Shown: positions 40,488 through 50,744 of the stretch, piece after piece | Numbering within the stretch: the first letter of the stretch is position 1 | Layout: every line of letters begins with the position of its first letter | Assembly (NCBI GenBank): GCA_902601545.1 | Contig: CACKNR010000004.1 | Coordinates: forward strand, 552-64,551 | Reading direction: 5' to 3' | DNA from: an uncultured Pelagibacteraceae bacterium | Lineage (GTDB): Bacteria; Pseudomonadota; Alphaproteobacteria; Pelagibacterales; Pelagibacteraceae | DNA length: 64,000 bases | Program-made: the position numbers and the translations under genes | The notes under the pieces: generated by a model | What the model was told of the DNA's origin: nothing | Database searches by the model: none | What the model saw: the letters and a program-made list of their open reading frames with translations, nothing else

Positions 40488-41439
40488 GAATGAATTAGTT
40501 ACAGACTTAAAAAAGCTTCATGAAGATACTTTAAACAACCTAAAGTCATCTAAAGCTGATAACACTCTAAGAGCATATAAATCTGACTTTAAAGATTTTG
40601 AAGCATTCTGTGCAAAACATGGATTTAATTCTATTCCCTCAGAACCTAAGGTTGTATCATTATATCTTACACACCTTTCAGGAAACTCAAAATTAAGCAC
40701 TTTAAGACGTAGATTGGTGTCTATTGGAGTAGTTCATAAACTAAAGGGTCATTATTTAGATACAAAGCATCCAGTTATTATTGAAAATTTAATGGGTATA
40801 AAAAGAAAAAAAGGAAGCATGCAAATAGGCAAAAAACCTATATTAATCAATCACTTAAAACAAATAATTAATGTTATTGATGAAGAAAAAATAGAAAAAA
40901 TTAAAAAATTAAGAAATAGAACTTTAGTACTAATTGGATTTGGTGGAGGTTTTAGACGAACAGAGTTGATTTCTATTGATTGCGAAGACCTAGATTTTGT
41001 TGAGGAAGGTGTAAAAATTACTCTAAGAAGGTCCAAGACAGATCCATTTGGAGAAGGATTGGTAAAAGGAATACCCTACTTCGCTAATGAAAAATATTGT
41101 CCAGTTACAAGTTTAAAGAATTGGCTTAATTTATCTAAAATAAAAACTGGCCCGATATTTAGAAGATTTTCTAAAGGATCTATTCTTACTAATCATAGGT
41201 TAACAGATCAATCGGTAGTATTAATAATTAAAAATTCTTTAAAATTAGGCGGTGTAGAAAGTGAAAATTTTGCAGGTCATAGTTTGAGATCAGGTTTTGC
41301 TACGGTTGCAGCAGAGTCAGGCGCTGATGAGAGAAGCATTATGGCAATGACTGGCCACAAAACAACTCAAATGGTAAGACGATACATTAAGGAGGCAAAT
41401 ATATTTAAAAACAATGCTTTAAGTAAAATTAAACTTTAA
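40486..41439 (+). CDS. Cre-like tyrosine site-specific recombinase
   Basis: N-terminal SAM-like domain (ADNTLRAYKSD, STLRRRLVSI); catalytic R (FRRTEL), K (RSKTD), HSLR, TGH, Y (VRRY) all intact. Confidence 0.92.
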   Translation: MNELVTDLKKLHEDTLNNLKSSKADNTLRAYKSDFKDFEAFCAKHGFNSIPSEPKVVSLYLTHLSGNSKLSTLRRRLVSIGVVHKLKGHYLDTKHPVIIENLMGIKRKKGSMQIGKKPILINHLKQIINVIDEEKIEKIKKLRNRTLVLIGFGGGFRRTELISIDCEDLDFVEEGVKITLRRSKTDPFGEGLVKGIPYFANEKYCPVTSLKNWLNLSKIKTGPIFRRFSKGSILTNHRLTDQSVVLIIKNSLKLGGVESENFAGHSLRSGFATVAAESGADERSIMAMTGHKTTQMVRRYIKEANIFKNNALSKIKL

Positions 41440-42181
41440 ACTTTTTACTTACAAATACAAGATCACCATTTACCCAATTTACAAACTTATAATTCTTAGA
41501 AATAATAAAATTATAAATTTCAGATTTCATGATATTTTCAATATTATTATAAGGTATTTCCCACTTTTGAGAATTTATATCTAAGTATTCGACTATAATA
41601 AGATTAGGTAAAAACTTGTCAAAATTTAAGCCTTTAAGCACTTTTAATTCATTGCCTTCAACATCAATTGTAAGTAAATCAATTCGATTAATACTTATTT
41701 TTTCTAAAATATTATTAAGTGTAGTAGTTTTAACTTTTTTAATTTCATTTAATTTAGAATTTTGCTTATCACTTATTTCCTTTACTAGAGTATTTATAGG
41801 AGACTTATGATGATAGAAAAATAAGTCTACTTCTTCAACACAATCGGATACAGCTTCACATACATTAAAATCATTAGGTCGATTATATTTGAAAAGTTCG
41901 ATATTCATATTATCTAGATCAATATTTATTCCTCTCCATCCTTTCTTGTATAATTGATAAGTATTATTATTTTTAATTGGGTGTTGTGCTCCTACATCAA
42001 CATAAATCCCATCAATTTTGTTCTTAAAAATATCTTTTAAAATTAAATCCATAGGTCCTTGTGAATATGATTTTCTATATTTATTTTTTGATATGATTTT
42101 ATTAATAAAAAGATAAATGTATTTAAATGGACTATTATTTACAAAAAAAAGTCTTTCCTTAATTTTTTTTAGAAATGACAT
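41429..42181 (-). CDS. FkbM family methyltransferase
   Basis: SYSQ, YVDVGA, GWRGINID, IDVEGNELKVL. Confidence 0.9.
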   Translation of the reverse strand: MSFLKKIKERLFFVNNSPFKYIYLFINKIISKNKYRKSYSQGPMDLILKDIFKNKIDGIYVDVGAQHPIKNNNTYQLYKKGWRGINIDLDNMNIELFKYNRPNDFNVCEAVSDCVEEVDLFFYHHKSPINTLVKEISDKQNSKLNEIKKVKTTTLNNILEKISINRIDLLTIDVEGNELKVLKGLNFDKFLPNLIIVEYLDINSQKWEIPYNNIENIMKSEIYNFIISKNYKFVNWVNGDLVFVSKKFKV

Positions 42182-43062
42182 TAATTTAAAGATTTATAAT
42201 ATAAAAAAATGATTTTATTTAAAACTAAATTAAAAAAATAAGAAAAATTCTTTATTGGTTCTTTAAGAGGACCATCGTACCGATTACAATATATTCTACC
42301 ATTTTTAGAAATACAGCCTCTTAAATAGAATTTATTAAAGAATTTTATCTTAAAACCCCATTTTTTTAAAAAAATTTTATCACCTTTGCTTCCTGACTCA
42401 GTTTTAACTTCTTTATTTTTAAATTTTCGAGTTACTATTGAACCAAAATGATAAACTTTACAATCTTGCAAACCTTTAAAAATTCTCACTCCTATATTCC
42501 ATAATTTCATATTCAAATCAGGGTCAGACCCAGTGCCTGGAAAATATTCTTCACTGAAACCACCTACTTTATTCCAGGTATCCTTATGAATTATATGCGG
42601 TGCCCAAGTTGAACCTTGAAAATCATAATAATCAATATTTTTATATTCTGTTAAAGCTTTTTGCTCATCAAAAGTCTCAATACTACTACCGCAATTAAGA
42701 TTTACTTGTCCATTTTGAACCATTGTTCCTGAAAAATAATATAAATTATTTGTCATCTTGTTTATCTCTTTAAAAAAAGCAGTGTCCCAACCTGGAAAAA
42801 AATAGAAATCGTCATGAGCATATACGATATAATTTTTGGATGCTTTTTTTGCTGCAATATTTACTCCTTCAGGAATTCCGCTATTTTTCTTTGTATGAGT
42901 AAATTTTATATTATTCTTTTTAAGATAATCTATTGTACCATCACTTCCTATATTTGAGTGAACTATAATTTCATGGTCATACTTTGAATTTTTTCTTATA
43001 CTTTCAATACATAGCTTTAAATATTTTAGATTATTTAATGAAGGTATGATAACAGAGAACAT
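42181..43062 (-). CDS. GT2 family glycosyltransferase
   Basis: FSVIIPSLN, SDGT, HDD, VGGFSE, YHFGS. Confidence 0.9.
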   Translation of the reverse strand: MFSVIIPSLNNLKYLKLCIESIRKNSKYDHEIIVHSNIGSDGTIDYLKKNNIKFTHTKKNSGIPEGVNIAAKKASKNYIVYAHDDFYFFPGWDTAFFKEINKMTNNLYYFSGTMVQNGQVNLNCGSSIETFDEQKALTEYKNIDYYDFQGSTWAPHIIHKDTWNKVGGFSEEYFPGTGSDPDLNMKLWNIGVRIFKGLQDCKVYHFGSIVTRKFKNKEVKTESGSKGDKIFLKKWGFKIKFFNKFYLRGCISKNGRIYCNRYDGPLKEPIKNFSYFFNLVLNKIIFLYYKSLN

Positions 43063-43065
43063 TAA

Positions 43066-45195
43066 TTAATTTTCCCAAAGATATTTTTTTCTATTTGATA
43101 TATCTAGCGTCTTATTAATAATATACTCAGCAACAAGATTTGAATTAAAAAATTTCATATATTTTTCTTTTCCTTGTTTTGCAATTTTTTTTCTAAGTTT
43201 GTCATCTTTTGAAATTTTTTGAATTTTTTCAGATAGATCATTTACATTTTTGTAAAAAATCATCTCTTTATCTGTAAAAAAATTTCTATATTGAGTTTGT
43301 TCATCAATTAAACAAGCCAAGCCATTGCCCACAATTTGAGTAATTCTGTCACTACTATAATATTTAATTGCTTTACCTCTGCTTAAATTTAAGCCCATTT
43401 TAGCATTAGCAATTGTCTTAAAATAATGATCTGCCCATATTGGTTGAACTTTATCTATACCGTAAAGATCAAATTTTACATCTTGAGTTTTTTGAACTAG
43501 TTCTCTCAAAAATAAAACCCTGTCATCAGTTTTACCAGATTTTAATACACCCCTATGCACGCCGTGACTAAGAGCAAAGAATACATCAACATTGCAGGAT
43601 TTATTAAAATTATTTAAAATTTCAAAAGACTTATCGCTAGGATTTGGAATATAAAAATTTCTATCTCCTTTTAAGAAACTTAAAACATCAGGACTTGTGG
43701 TTAAAAACGTTGCGTCTAGAACTTTTATTTTATCTAAAATTCTTTCTTTGTTTCTTTGATAATCTGGTCCCCTTTTATTCAATGGATCTAAAAACCATTG
43801 TCCAAATCTCGCATTTGGGTAATCGTTCTTTAATTCCGCTATTTGTTCCGAAGAAATTAAATCTGCATGTCCAAGAATAACAATGTCAGGCTTATAATTA
43901 TAACAAGTTTTTTTTAACTTATCATTTAAAGTTTTTGCTCCTTTTAGATCTTTATAAGATCTATAATATTTTTGTATATCTCTATCACTAAAACCAAGGA
44001 CACTGTGACCTAATCTAATGAATCCATTATTAATTCTTCTTCCAGTATTAAAAAAAAGTCTACCATCCAACCTTTCATTAAAGTTCGTAATATGCAAGAT
44101 TCTTAGATTGTCTAAATTTTTCTTGATATTGTATCTATTAATAGTCTGTAACTTTTCAGACCGATAGTCATCCATTTTCTTAGTAACAAATTGATGAGTT
44201 AAATAAAAATTTTTTAAAGATAATTTTTGTAATTCATGCCTAGAATTTTTATTTTCAATTAAGTTTTTTATAGTTTTTGTTAGATTTTTAGAGCTTAATC
44301 TATGCAGAATTTTGGCATTAGTTACTGTTTCGGGTAAACCTCCTTTATTAGTTATTATTACTGCACATCCATTAGCTGAGGCTTCAAGACTAGTTCTACC
44401 AAAAGGCTCCTCCCATCTAGAACACGCTACAGCTATACTAGTTTGTTTAAATATGCTTAAAACCTTTTCATGGCTTAAAAAACCTAAAATATCAGCATTT
44501 TTGTGTTTGAGTAAAATTTTTTCTCTTTTTTCATCGCCTATAATTTTAGCTTTCCAATCTGGATATTTATTTAAAATTTTAGTTATCGAAGATACAAATA
44601 CATCATATCCTTTAGCTCTATTTAGTTTACCAACAAAAGTAATCCATTTTTTCTTTTTTTTAAGAATAGTTGACTTATTTTTACTAGCTGATTGAAAAAA
44701 AACAATTAATTTATTACTATTAACAAATTTATTTTCTAACCCTTCTAAGAATCTTTTTTTAGACCAATTGCTATTAAAAATAATTTTATAGCAACTCTTA
44801 AGTAAATTTTTTCTATCAGCAATAGTTTTTGAGCCGTCCATTGATAAAGGGTCGTTGTGAAAATATAAAGACAACACAATATCTTTTATTTTATCTTTTA
44901 AAAAAGGTATATAAGATGGTCGATTATGAACTTCAATAATCGATAAATTAAATTTTTTTTGCTGTTGTATGAATTTATTCACATACAATTTAGTTTGGCT
45001 TCGAAGTGGGTTTTTAAATAAATCTATATTACAATATTTAATATTAAATTTTCTTTTGTAGTTAGTGTTTCCGAAAACTATTATATTTTTTTTATATTTA
45101 CTTGTTTTACTTGTCTCGTGGACAAATAAAGAAACTGCGCCAGGATACTCAGGTGAAAAATTTTCTTTATACGGTAAAAGTATTCCTATTTTCAT
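43066..45195 (-). CDS. Two-domain glycosyltransferase (GT4 + CgeB-like)
   Basis: FVGKLNRAKG, WEEPFGRTSLEA in N-half; WFLDP and YSSDRI in C-half. Confidence 0.85.
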   Translation of the reverse strand: MKIGILLPYKENFSPEYPGAVSLFVHETSKTSKYKKNIIVFGNTNYKRKFNIKYCNIDLFKNPLRSQTKLYVNKFIQQQKKFNLSIIEVHNRPSYIPFLKDKIKDIVLSLYFHNDPLSMDGSKTIADRKNLLKSCYKIIFNSNWSKKRFLEGLENKFVNSNKLIVFFQSASKNKSTILKKKKKWITFVGKLNRAKGYDVFVSSITKILNKYPDWKAKIIGDEKREKILLKHKNADILGFLSHEKVLSIFKQTSIAVACSRWEEPFGRTSLEASANGCAVIITNKGGLPETVTNAKILHRLSSKNLTKTIKNLIENKNSRHELQKLSLKNFYLTHQFVTKKMDDYRSEKLQTINRYNIKKNLDNLRILHITNFNERLDGRLFFNTGRRINNGFIRLGHSVLGFSDRDIQKYYRSYKDLKGAKTLNDKLKKTCYNYKPDIVILGHADLISSEQIAELKNDYPNARFGQWFLDPLNKRGPDYQRNKERILDKIKVLDATFLTTSPDVLSFLKGDRNFYIPNPSDKSFEILNNFNKSCNVDVFFALSHGVHRGVLKSGKTDDRVLFLRELVQKTQDVKFDLYGIDKVQPIWADHYFKTIANAKMGLNLSRGKAIKYYSSDRITQIVGNGLACLIDEQTQYRNFFTDKEMIFYKNVNDLSEKIQKISKDDKLRKKIAKQGKEKYMKFFNSNLVAEYIINKTLDISNRKKYLWEN

Positions 45196-45437
45196 TTTTT
45201 ATTTTTTATTTTATTTCTTAATGTTCTATTATTCTTTATATAATATTCTCTGGAAATTGCCTCACCTTTAGTTTTATAAATTTCTTTATAAATTAACTTC
45301 CATTTTCTGCCTCTCGTAAATTTCGCTCCTTTATTTGAATTATGATCCTTCATACGTTTATTAATATTCTTAGTATACCCAACATAAGTAACAGAATTTT
45401 TGCCCCTACTTCTGAGCATATAAACACAATAATTCAC
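45192..45437 (-). CDS. GIY-YIG nuclease (YhbQ/UPF0213-like)
   Basis: VYML, TYVGYT, HNSNKGAKFTRGR, EAISREY. Confidence 0.9.
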   Translation of the reverse strand: MNYCVYMLRSRGKNSVTYVGYTKNINKRMKDHNSNKGAKFTRGRKWKLIYKEIYKTKGEAISREYYIKNNRTLRNKIKNKK

Positions 45438-45443
45438 TTATTA

Positions 45444-46235
45444 TTAGTATCCCTTTGAAACAGGTCCTTTTTTTGTCCCTTTTATTTTTTCTATTGCAGC
45501 TTTCGCTCCAGCACTCATAAACCTTTGATCAGAGCCAACAGTTACTAAATTAAAGCCTTTATTGATCATCTTTTGAGCATATTCTGCTGTACCGTTGTGG
45601 ATCCCTGTGAATAGGTTTCTTTTTTTTGCAGACTCTAAAATTTTTGAAATTGCTTTATAAACCTTTGTATTCTCAGGTTTATCAAAACCAGGCTCTTCAC
45701 CTACAGCTAAACTTAAATCAGCTGGCCCAATGTATATTCCGTCAAGATTGGGAGTTCCTAAAATTTCATCCAATTTATCTAAAGCCTCTTTAGTTTCAAT
45801 CATAGCTAGTTTTAAAATCTCAGTATCTGAATATTTAGCATAGTCACTACCACCATATAGCAGCCCTCTAATAGGACCAAAACTCCTATAACCTTTAGGT
45901 GGATAAGTACAGGCTTGGACAAAATTTTCAGCTTCCTTTTTATTACTTACCATCGGGCAAATTACACCATAACAGCCGGCGTCTAAAATTTTCATAATCT
46001 GGCCAGGTTCATTCCAATTTACTCTTGCTAATGGAGTAACACTTGTTGTGGATATAGCTTGGAGCATATTTAGTGCATTCACGTAATCAACAACACCGTG
46101 CTGCATATCAATGGTGCAAGAGTCCCAGCCTTGGTGGGCCATAACTTCAGCAGAAAAACCACTTGGAATTTGTAACCAGCCATTTACGATTGGCTTTCCT
46201 TCTTTGAACATTTGTTTAAGTTTGTTTTTTCTCAT
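45444..46235 (-). CDS. HpcH/HpaI family class II aldolase
   Basis: IDMQHG, LDAG, PMV, YPPKGYRSFG, MIET, IGPADL. Confidence 0.92.
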   Translation of the reverse strand: MRKNKLKQMFKEGKPIVNGWLQIPSGFSAEVMAHQGWDSCTIDMQHGVVDYVNALNMLQAISTTSVTPLARVNWNEPGQIMKILDAGCYGVICPMVSNKKEAENFVQACTYPPKGYRSFGPIRGLLYGGSDYAKYSDTEILKLAMIETKEALDKLDEILGTPNLDGIYIGPADLSLAVGEEPGFDKPENTKVYKAISKILESAKKRNLFTGIHNGTAEYAQKMINKGFNLVTVGSDQRFMSAGAKAAIEKIKGTKKGPVSKGY

Positions 46236-47677
46236 TCGTAAGAAATACCAAAGTGAGTATATTTAATATTTAAGTAATCTTTAATTGCCATAGATCCGCC
46301 TTCTCTTCCATATCCAGTTTGTTTAATTCCTCCAAATGGAGCTTCTGCAACAGCAACTACTGGTGTATTAACTGCTACACAACCAGTTTCTAATCTTTCA
46401 GATGCTTGATTTGCCTTTTTCAAATCAGTTGTATATACGTAACTTGCTAAACCCAAATCATTATCGTTAGCTCTAGTCATTACTTCATCAAAATCTTTAA
46501 AACTAAGAATTGGAACTATAGGTCCAAATGGTTCTTCTTTCATAACTGTAAAATTATCTTTGATATTATCAAAAATAGTTGGTTCATAATAATAGCCTTT
46601 GTTAAAGTTTGCGGCTCTTTTACCACCCAAGAGAACTTTTCCACCTTCATTTTTGGTTGTTTCAACCAACCTTTCAACACCTTCTAATCTTTCTTTTGTA
46701 CATAAAGGTCCGAGCAAAGTGTCTTTGTCCATACCATTACCCATTTTTAGTTTCTTAGTTTTTTTAACCATAAGATCAGCAAATTCATCTTTCTTTTTTT
46801 CATGAATATAAAATCTGTTAGGAGAGATACAAACTTGACCATTATTTCTAAATTTTGCTGTTATAGCCATATCTGTTACTTTGTTTAAATCAACATCATC
46901 AAAAACGATAAATGGGGAATGCCCACTTAATTCCATCGTTACTCTCTGCACTTTATCAGCAGCTTGTTTTAAAATTAATTTACCTACCCTAGTTGATCCA
47001 GTTATAGAAATTTTTTTAATGATATCAGATTGAATTAATTCAGAAGAAATAGCTGCTGGATCACCAGATAATAAGTTGACTACACCTGGAGGAACACCAG
47101 CTTCTTTACATATATCGATGATTTCCATAACGCTACCTGGAGTTATTACATCAGGTTTAACTATAACTGAACATCCAGCAGCTAAAGCAGTTGAAATCTT
47201 TCTTGATGCTAAAATAACTGGAAAATTCCAAGGAACTAATGCAGCTACTACGCCAACAGGCTGGTAGATCACATGGATTTTTGTATTAGGAAAACGACTT
47301 TGGTTTATTTCACCGAAAATTCTTTTTGTTTCTTCAGAATTCCATTCAAATATATCAGCTGCGCCCCCTACTTCGCCCGCGCCTTCAGATAAAGGCTTGC
47401 CAACTTCTAGAGTAAGCCACTTTGATAACGTATCAACTTTTTTTCTCATCAGATCAGAAATTTTTCTAATTACTTTTGATCTTTCCCATGGTGATGTATT
47501 TTTCCAAATTTCTAAACCTTTTTCTGCTGATTTAAGAGCTCTTTGAATATCTTTACTATTTGCCTTTGATGCTTTGCCGATAATCTCTTCAGTAGCCGGG
47601 TTGATCACATCATAAGTTTCACCACTAGATGATTGTTGCCATTTACCATCGATAAACTGACCAAATTTTTCGTACAT
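46232..47677 (-). CDS. NAD(P)-dependent aldehyde dehydrogenase, GabD/SSADH-like
   Basis: PWNFP, ITGSTRVG, MELSG, NNGQVCIS, EEPFGP, GREGG. Confidence 0.9.
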   Translation of the reverse strand: MYEKFGQFIDGKWQQSSSGETYDVINPATEEIIGKASKANSKDIQRALKSAEKGLEIWKNTSPWERSKVIRKISDLMRKKVDTLSKWLTLEVGKPLSEGAGEVGGAADIFEWNSEETKRIFGEINQSRFPNTKIHVIYQPVGVVAALVPWNFPVILASRKISTALAAGCSVIVKPDVITPGSVMEIIDICKEAGVPPGVVNLLSGDPAAISSELIQSDIIKKISITGSTRVGKLILKQAADKVQRVTMELSGHSPFIVFDDVDLNKVTDMAITAKFRNNGQVCISPNRFYIHEKKKDEFADLMVKKTKKLKMGNGMDKDTLLGPLCTKERLEGVERLVETTKNEGGKVLLGGKRAANFNKGYYYEPTIFDNIKDNFTVMKEEPFGPIVPILSFKDFDEVMTRANDNDLGLASYVYTTDLKKANQASERLETGCVAVNTPVVAVAEAPFGGIKQTGYGREGGSMAIKDYLNIKYTHFGISYE

Positions 47678-47733
47678 ATGTTATATATAATTATTGAATA
47701 TATTAAGTTAATTATCTATCTTATAAAGAATTT

Positions 47734-49578
47734 ATGAAAAACATTCAACTTACTTGTGCTCACGCGCTTGTTAAATTCCTTACAAAACAAAAAATTTTAA
47801 TTGATGGAAAGAAAGAACCATTATTTCCAGGTGCATTTGGAATTTTTGGACATGGTAACGTAGCGTGCCTAGGGCAAGCGCTTCAAGAAAATCAAAAAGA
47901 ACTTCCCACATGGAGAGGTCATCATGAGCAAAATATGGCTCTTACTGGAATAGCCTACTCACGAGCAAAAAGAAGAAAACAAATATTCATTGCAACTAGT
48001 TCAGTTGGACCAGGTTCTACAAATATGATTACAGCTGCAGCTGTTGCTATGAGTAATAGACTTCCAATATTATTTTTACCTGGTGACACATTTGCAAATA
48101 GAATGCCAGATCCAGTACTTCAACAGGTAGAACATTTCAACAATCCCGGAATTACACAAAATGATGGATTTAAACCTGTTGTAAGATATTTTGATAGAAT
48201 TACACGCCCCGAACAAATTATTTCTACTTTGCCACAAGCTATTGAAGTTATGCTTGATCCTGCTGATTGTGGTCCCGCTTGTATTTCTTTAAGCCAAGAT
48301 GTTCAAGGTGAAGTATTTGATTATCCTGAGGATTTTTTTAAGGAAAGAGTACATTCAATTAGACGACCAAGACCAGATGATTATCAAATAAAAAAAGCAG
48401 TTGAAGTTATCAAATCTTCTAAAAATCCAATAATTATTTCTGGAGGTGGTGTTTTTTATTCTGATGCTATGGAAGAATTATCTGATTTTGCAAAAAAACA
48501 TAATATACCAGTAACACAAACTGTTATGGGTTACTCTACTATGAAAAGGGATCATTCTCATTTTTTAGGTCCAATCGGTGGTCTTGGTGGAAAAGCAGCA
48601 AATAATATGGCAAAACAAACAGATTTAGCAATAGCTATCGGAACAAAACTAGCAGATTTTACAACAGGATCCTGGGCAAATTTTGAAAACCCAAATTTTA
48701 AACTTGTATCCATAAACGCAGCAAGATTTGATGCAAACAAACATATGGCGCAGGCGGTAGTTGGTGACGCAAAAGTCTCATTATCAGAATTATCTCAAGC
48801 TCTTGGAAGTTGGAAAGCAGAGGATAGCTGGAATAAAAAAGCACAAATGGAATTAAAAAGTTGGAATGAATATGTTGATAAAGAGAGTGGCCCAACAAAT
48901 CAGAAATTACCTAGTTATGCTCACGCTGTTGGGGCAATTTATAGAAATTCTCATCCATCAGACATAGCAGTAACTGCTGCTGGTGGTTTGGTAGGTGAAG
49001 TTGTTCAAGTCTGGAGGCCTAGAGAACTAAATACTCATGAAACTGAATGGGGTTTTAGTTGTATGAGTTACGAAATTTCAGGTGCATTAGGGATAAAAAT
49101 GGCAAATCCAAATAAAGAAGTTATAGCTTTTGTAGGTGATGGATCTTACCTCCTATATAACTCAGATATATATAGTTCAGTAATAACTGATAATAAATTG
49201 ATTATTATAGTTTGCGATAACGGAGGTCATGCAGTTATTAACCGACTTCAGTTATATAAAGGTGGTAAAGAATTTAATTGTTTATTAAAGAGTTCAAAAA
49301 CCCCAAATCTTGTCCCGGTTGATTTTGCCTCACATGCAAAAAGTATGGGAGCAGATGGTGAACAAGTTAATTCGATATCTGAACTGGAGGAAGCTTTTAA
49401 AAGAGCAAAAAAATCAAAGAAAACATATGTTATAAGCATTCAAACAGACGGTTATCAATGGTTAGAAGGTTCTGCGTACTGGGAAAGTCCCACTCTTTCA
49501 CTACCTACAACTGAGGAAAATAAAAGAGCCCTAAAAGAACACCTAGACGGGAAGAAAAAACAGAGAAAAGGTGTATAA
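47734..49578 (+). CDS. iolD: 3D-(3,5/4)-trihydroxycyclohexane-1,2-dione hydrolase
   Basis: IFGHGNV, PDPVLQQVE, FDRITRPEQ, EWGFSCMSYEI, GDGSY. Confidence 0.95.
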   Translation: MKNIQLTCAHALVKFLTKQKILIDGKKEPLFPGAFGIFGHGNVACLGQALQENQKELPTWRGHHEQNMALTGIAYSRAKRRKQIFIATSSVGPGSTNMITAAAVAMSNRLPILFLPGDTFANRMPDPVLQQVEHFNNPGITQNDGFKPVVRYFDRITRPEQIISTLPQAIEVMLDPADCGPACISLSQDVQGEVFDYPEDFFKERVHSIRRPRPDDYQIKKAVEVIKSSKNPIIISGGGVFYSDAMEELSDFAKKHNIPVTQTVMGYSTMKRDHSHFLGPIGGLGGKAANNMAKQTDLAIAIGTKLADFTTGSWANFENPNFKLVSINAARFDANKHMAQAVVGDAKVSLSELSQALGSWKAEDSWNKKAQMELKSWNEYVDKESGPTNQKLPSYAHAVGAIYRNSHPSDIAVTAAGGLVGEVVQVWRPRELNTHETEWGFSCMSYEISGALGIKMANPNKEVIAFVGDGSYLLYNSDIYSSVITDNKLIIIVCDNGGHAVINRLQLYKGGKEFNCLLKSSKTPNLVPVDFASHAKSMGADGEQVNSISELEEAFKRAKKSKKTYVISIQTDGYQWLEGSAYWESPTLSLPTTEENKRALKEHLDGKKKQRKGV

Positions 49579-49586
49579 GCTTTTTA

Positions 49587-50744
49587 ATGGATAGAATTTT
49601 TAATGTCGGCTTAGTCGGCTGCGGTCATATAGCTGAGACTTATTTTAGAGCACAAAAATATTTCAATAATTTTAAAATAATTAAATGTGCTGATATAAAT
49701 AAATTTGCAGCTCAAAGTTGTGCAAAAACTTATAAGATAAAGTCAGCTTCAGTAAATGAATTGCTTAAAGATAAAGAAATTCAAGTAGTTCTAAATTTAA
49801 CAATACCTAATGCACATTATTTAATAGCAAAAAAATCATTACTTAATGGTAAACATGTTTATTCCGAGAAACCTTTGGCAGTATCATTCAAAGATGGGAA
49901 AGAACTTATAAAAATTGCAAAAAGAAAAAAACTTTATATAGGAAATGCCCCAGATACCTTTTTAGGTGGAGGAAATCAAAAATCAAGAGAGCTTTTAGAC
50001 AAAAAAGTAATAGGTAAAGTGAAATTTGGAACAGGAATATTTGCCTATCCAGGAATACAATCCTACCATCCTAATCCAGAACCTTGGTTTGCTAAAAAAG
50101 GAGGTGGGCCTGTTATAGATATGGGTCCGTATTATTTAACTGCCTTAGTAAATTTATTAGGTCCAGCTAAAGAAGTAACAAGTATAAGCTCAAAAGGAGT
50201 TAATAAGCGTACTATTGGTATAGGTCCAAAAAAAGGTAAAAGATTTAAAGTAGAGTGTCCAACAACCTACTTCTCTACTTTAAAATTTCATAATGGCACA
50301 ATAATTAGATTAACTTTATCTTTTGATGTTATTTCTCATCTAAGAAACCATATAGAACTTTATGGAGAAAAAGGTTCTATGATAGTTCCAGATCCAAATA
50401 TGTTTGGTGGATCAGTTTTAATTAGTAAAAAATTAGGCAGTAAATGGAAAGATCATCAAACAAATAAAATGACCCTTGGAAAAATAAATATTAGAACCCA
50501 AAGCTCTAGAGCAAATGAGTCTCCTACTAACGCAAATTATAGAGGCGTAGGATTATCAGAAATGATAAACTCTATTCAAAATAAGAGAAAACATAGGTGT
50601 GATGGAGTTTTATCTCTTCACGTTTTAAACATAATAGAGGCAATTCATTTATCTGCAAAAAATAATAAGAAACAAAGAATTTCTATTAAATGTGAAAAAC
50701 CAAAGCCGTTTTTAAACAAAGAAATTAGATCAATAATTAAATAG
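49587..50744 (+). CDS. Gfo/Idh/MocA family oxidoreductase
   Basis: GLVGCGHIA, HVYSEKP, APDTFLG, DMGPYY. Confidence 0.9.
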   Translation: MDRIFNVGLVGCGHIAETYFRAQKYFNNFKIIKCADINKFAAQSCAKTYKIKSASVNELLKDKEIQVVLNLTIPNAHYLIAKKSLLNGKHVYSEKPLAVSFKDGKELIKIAKRKKLYIGNAPDTFLGGGNQKSRELLDKKVIGKVKFGTGIFAYPGIQSYHPNPEPWFAKKGGGPVIDMGPYYLTALVNLLGPAKEVTSISSKGVNKRTIGIGPKKGKRFKVECPTTYFSTLKFHNGTIIRLTLSFDVISHLRNHIELYGEKGSMIVPDPNMFGGSVLISKKLGSKWKDHQTNKMTLGKINIRTQSSRANESPTNANYRGVGLSEMINSIQNKRKHRCDGVLSLHVLNIIEAIHLSAKNNKKQRISIKCEKPKPFLNKEIRSIIK

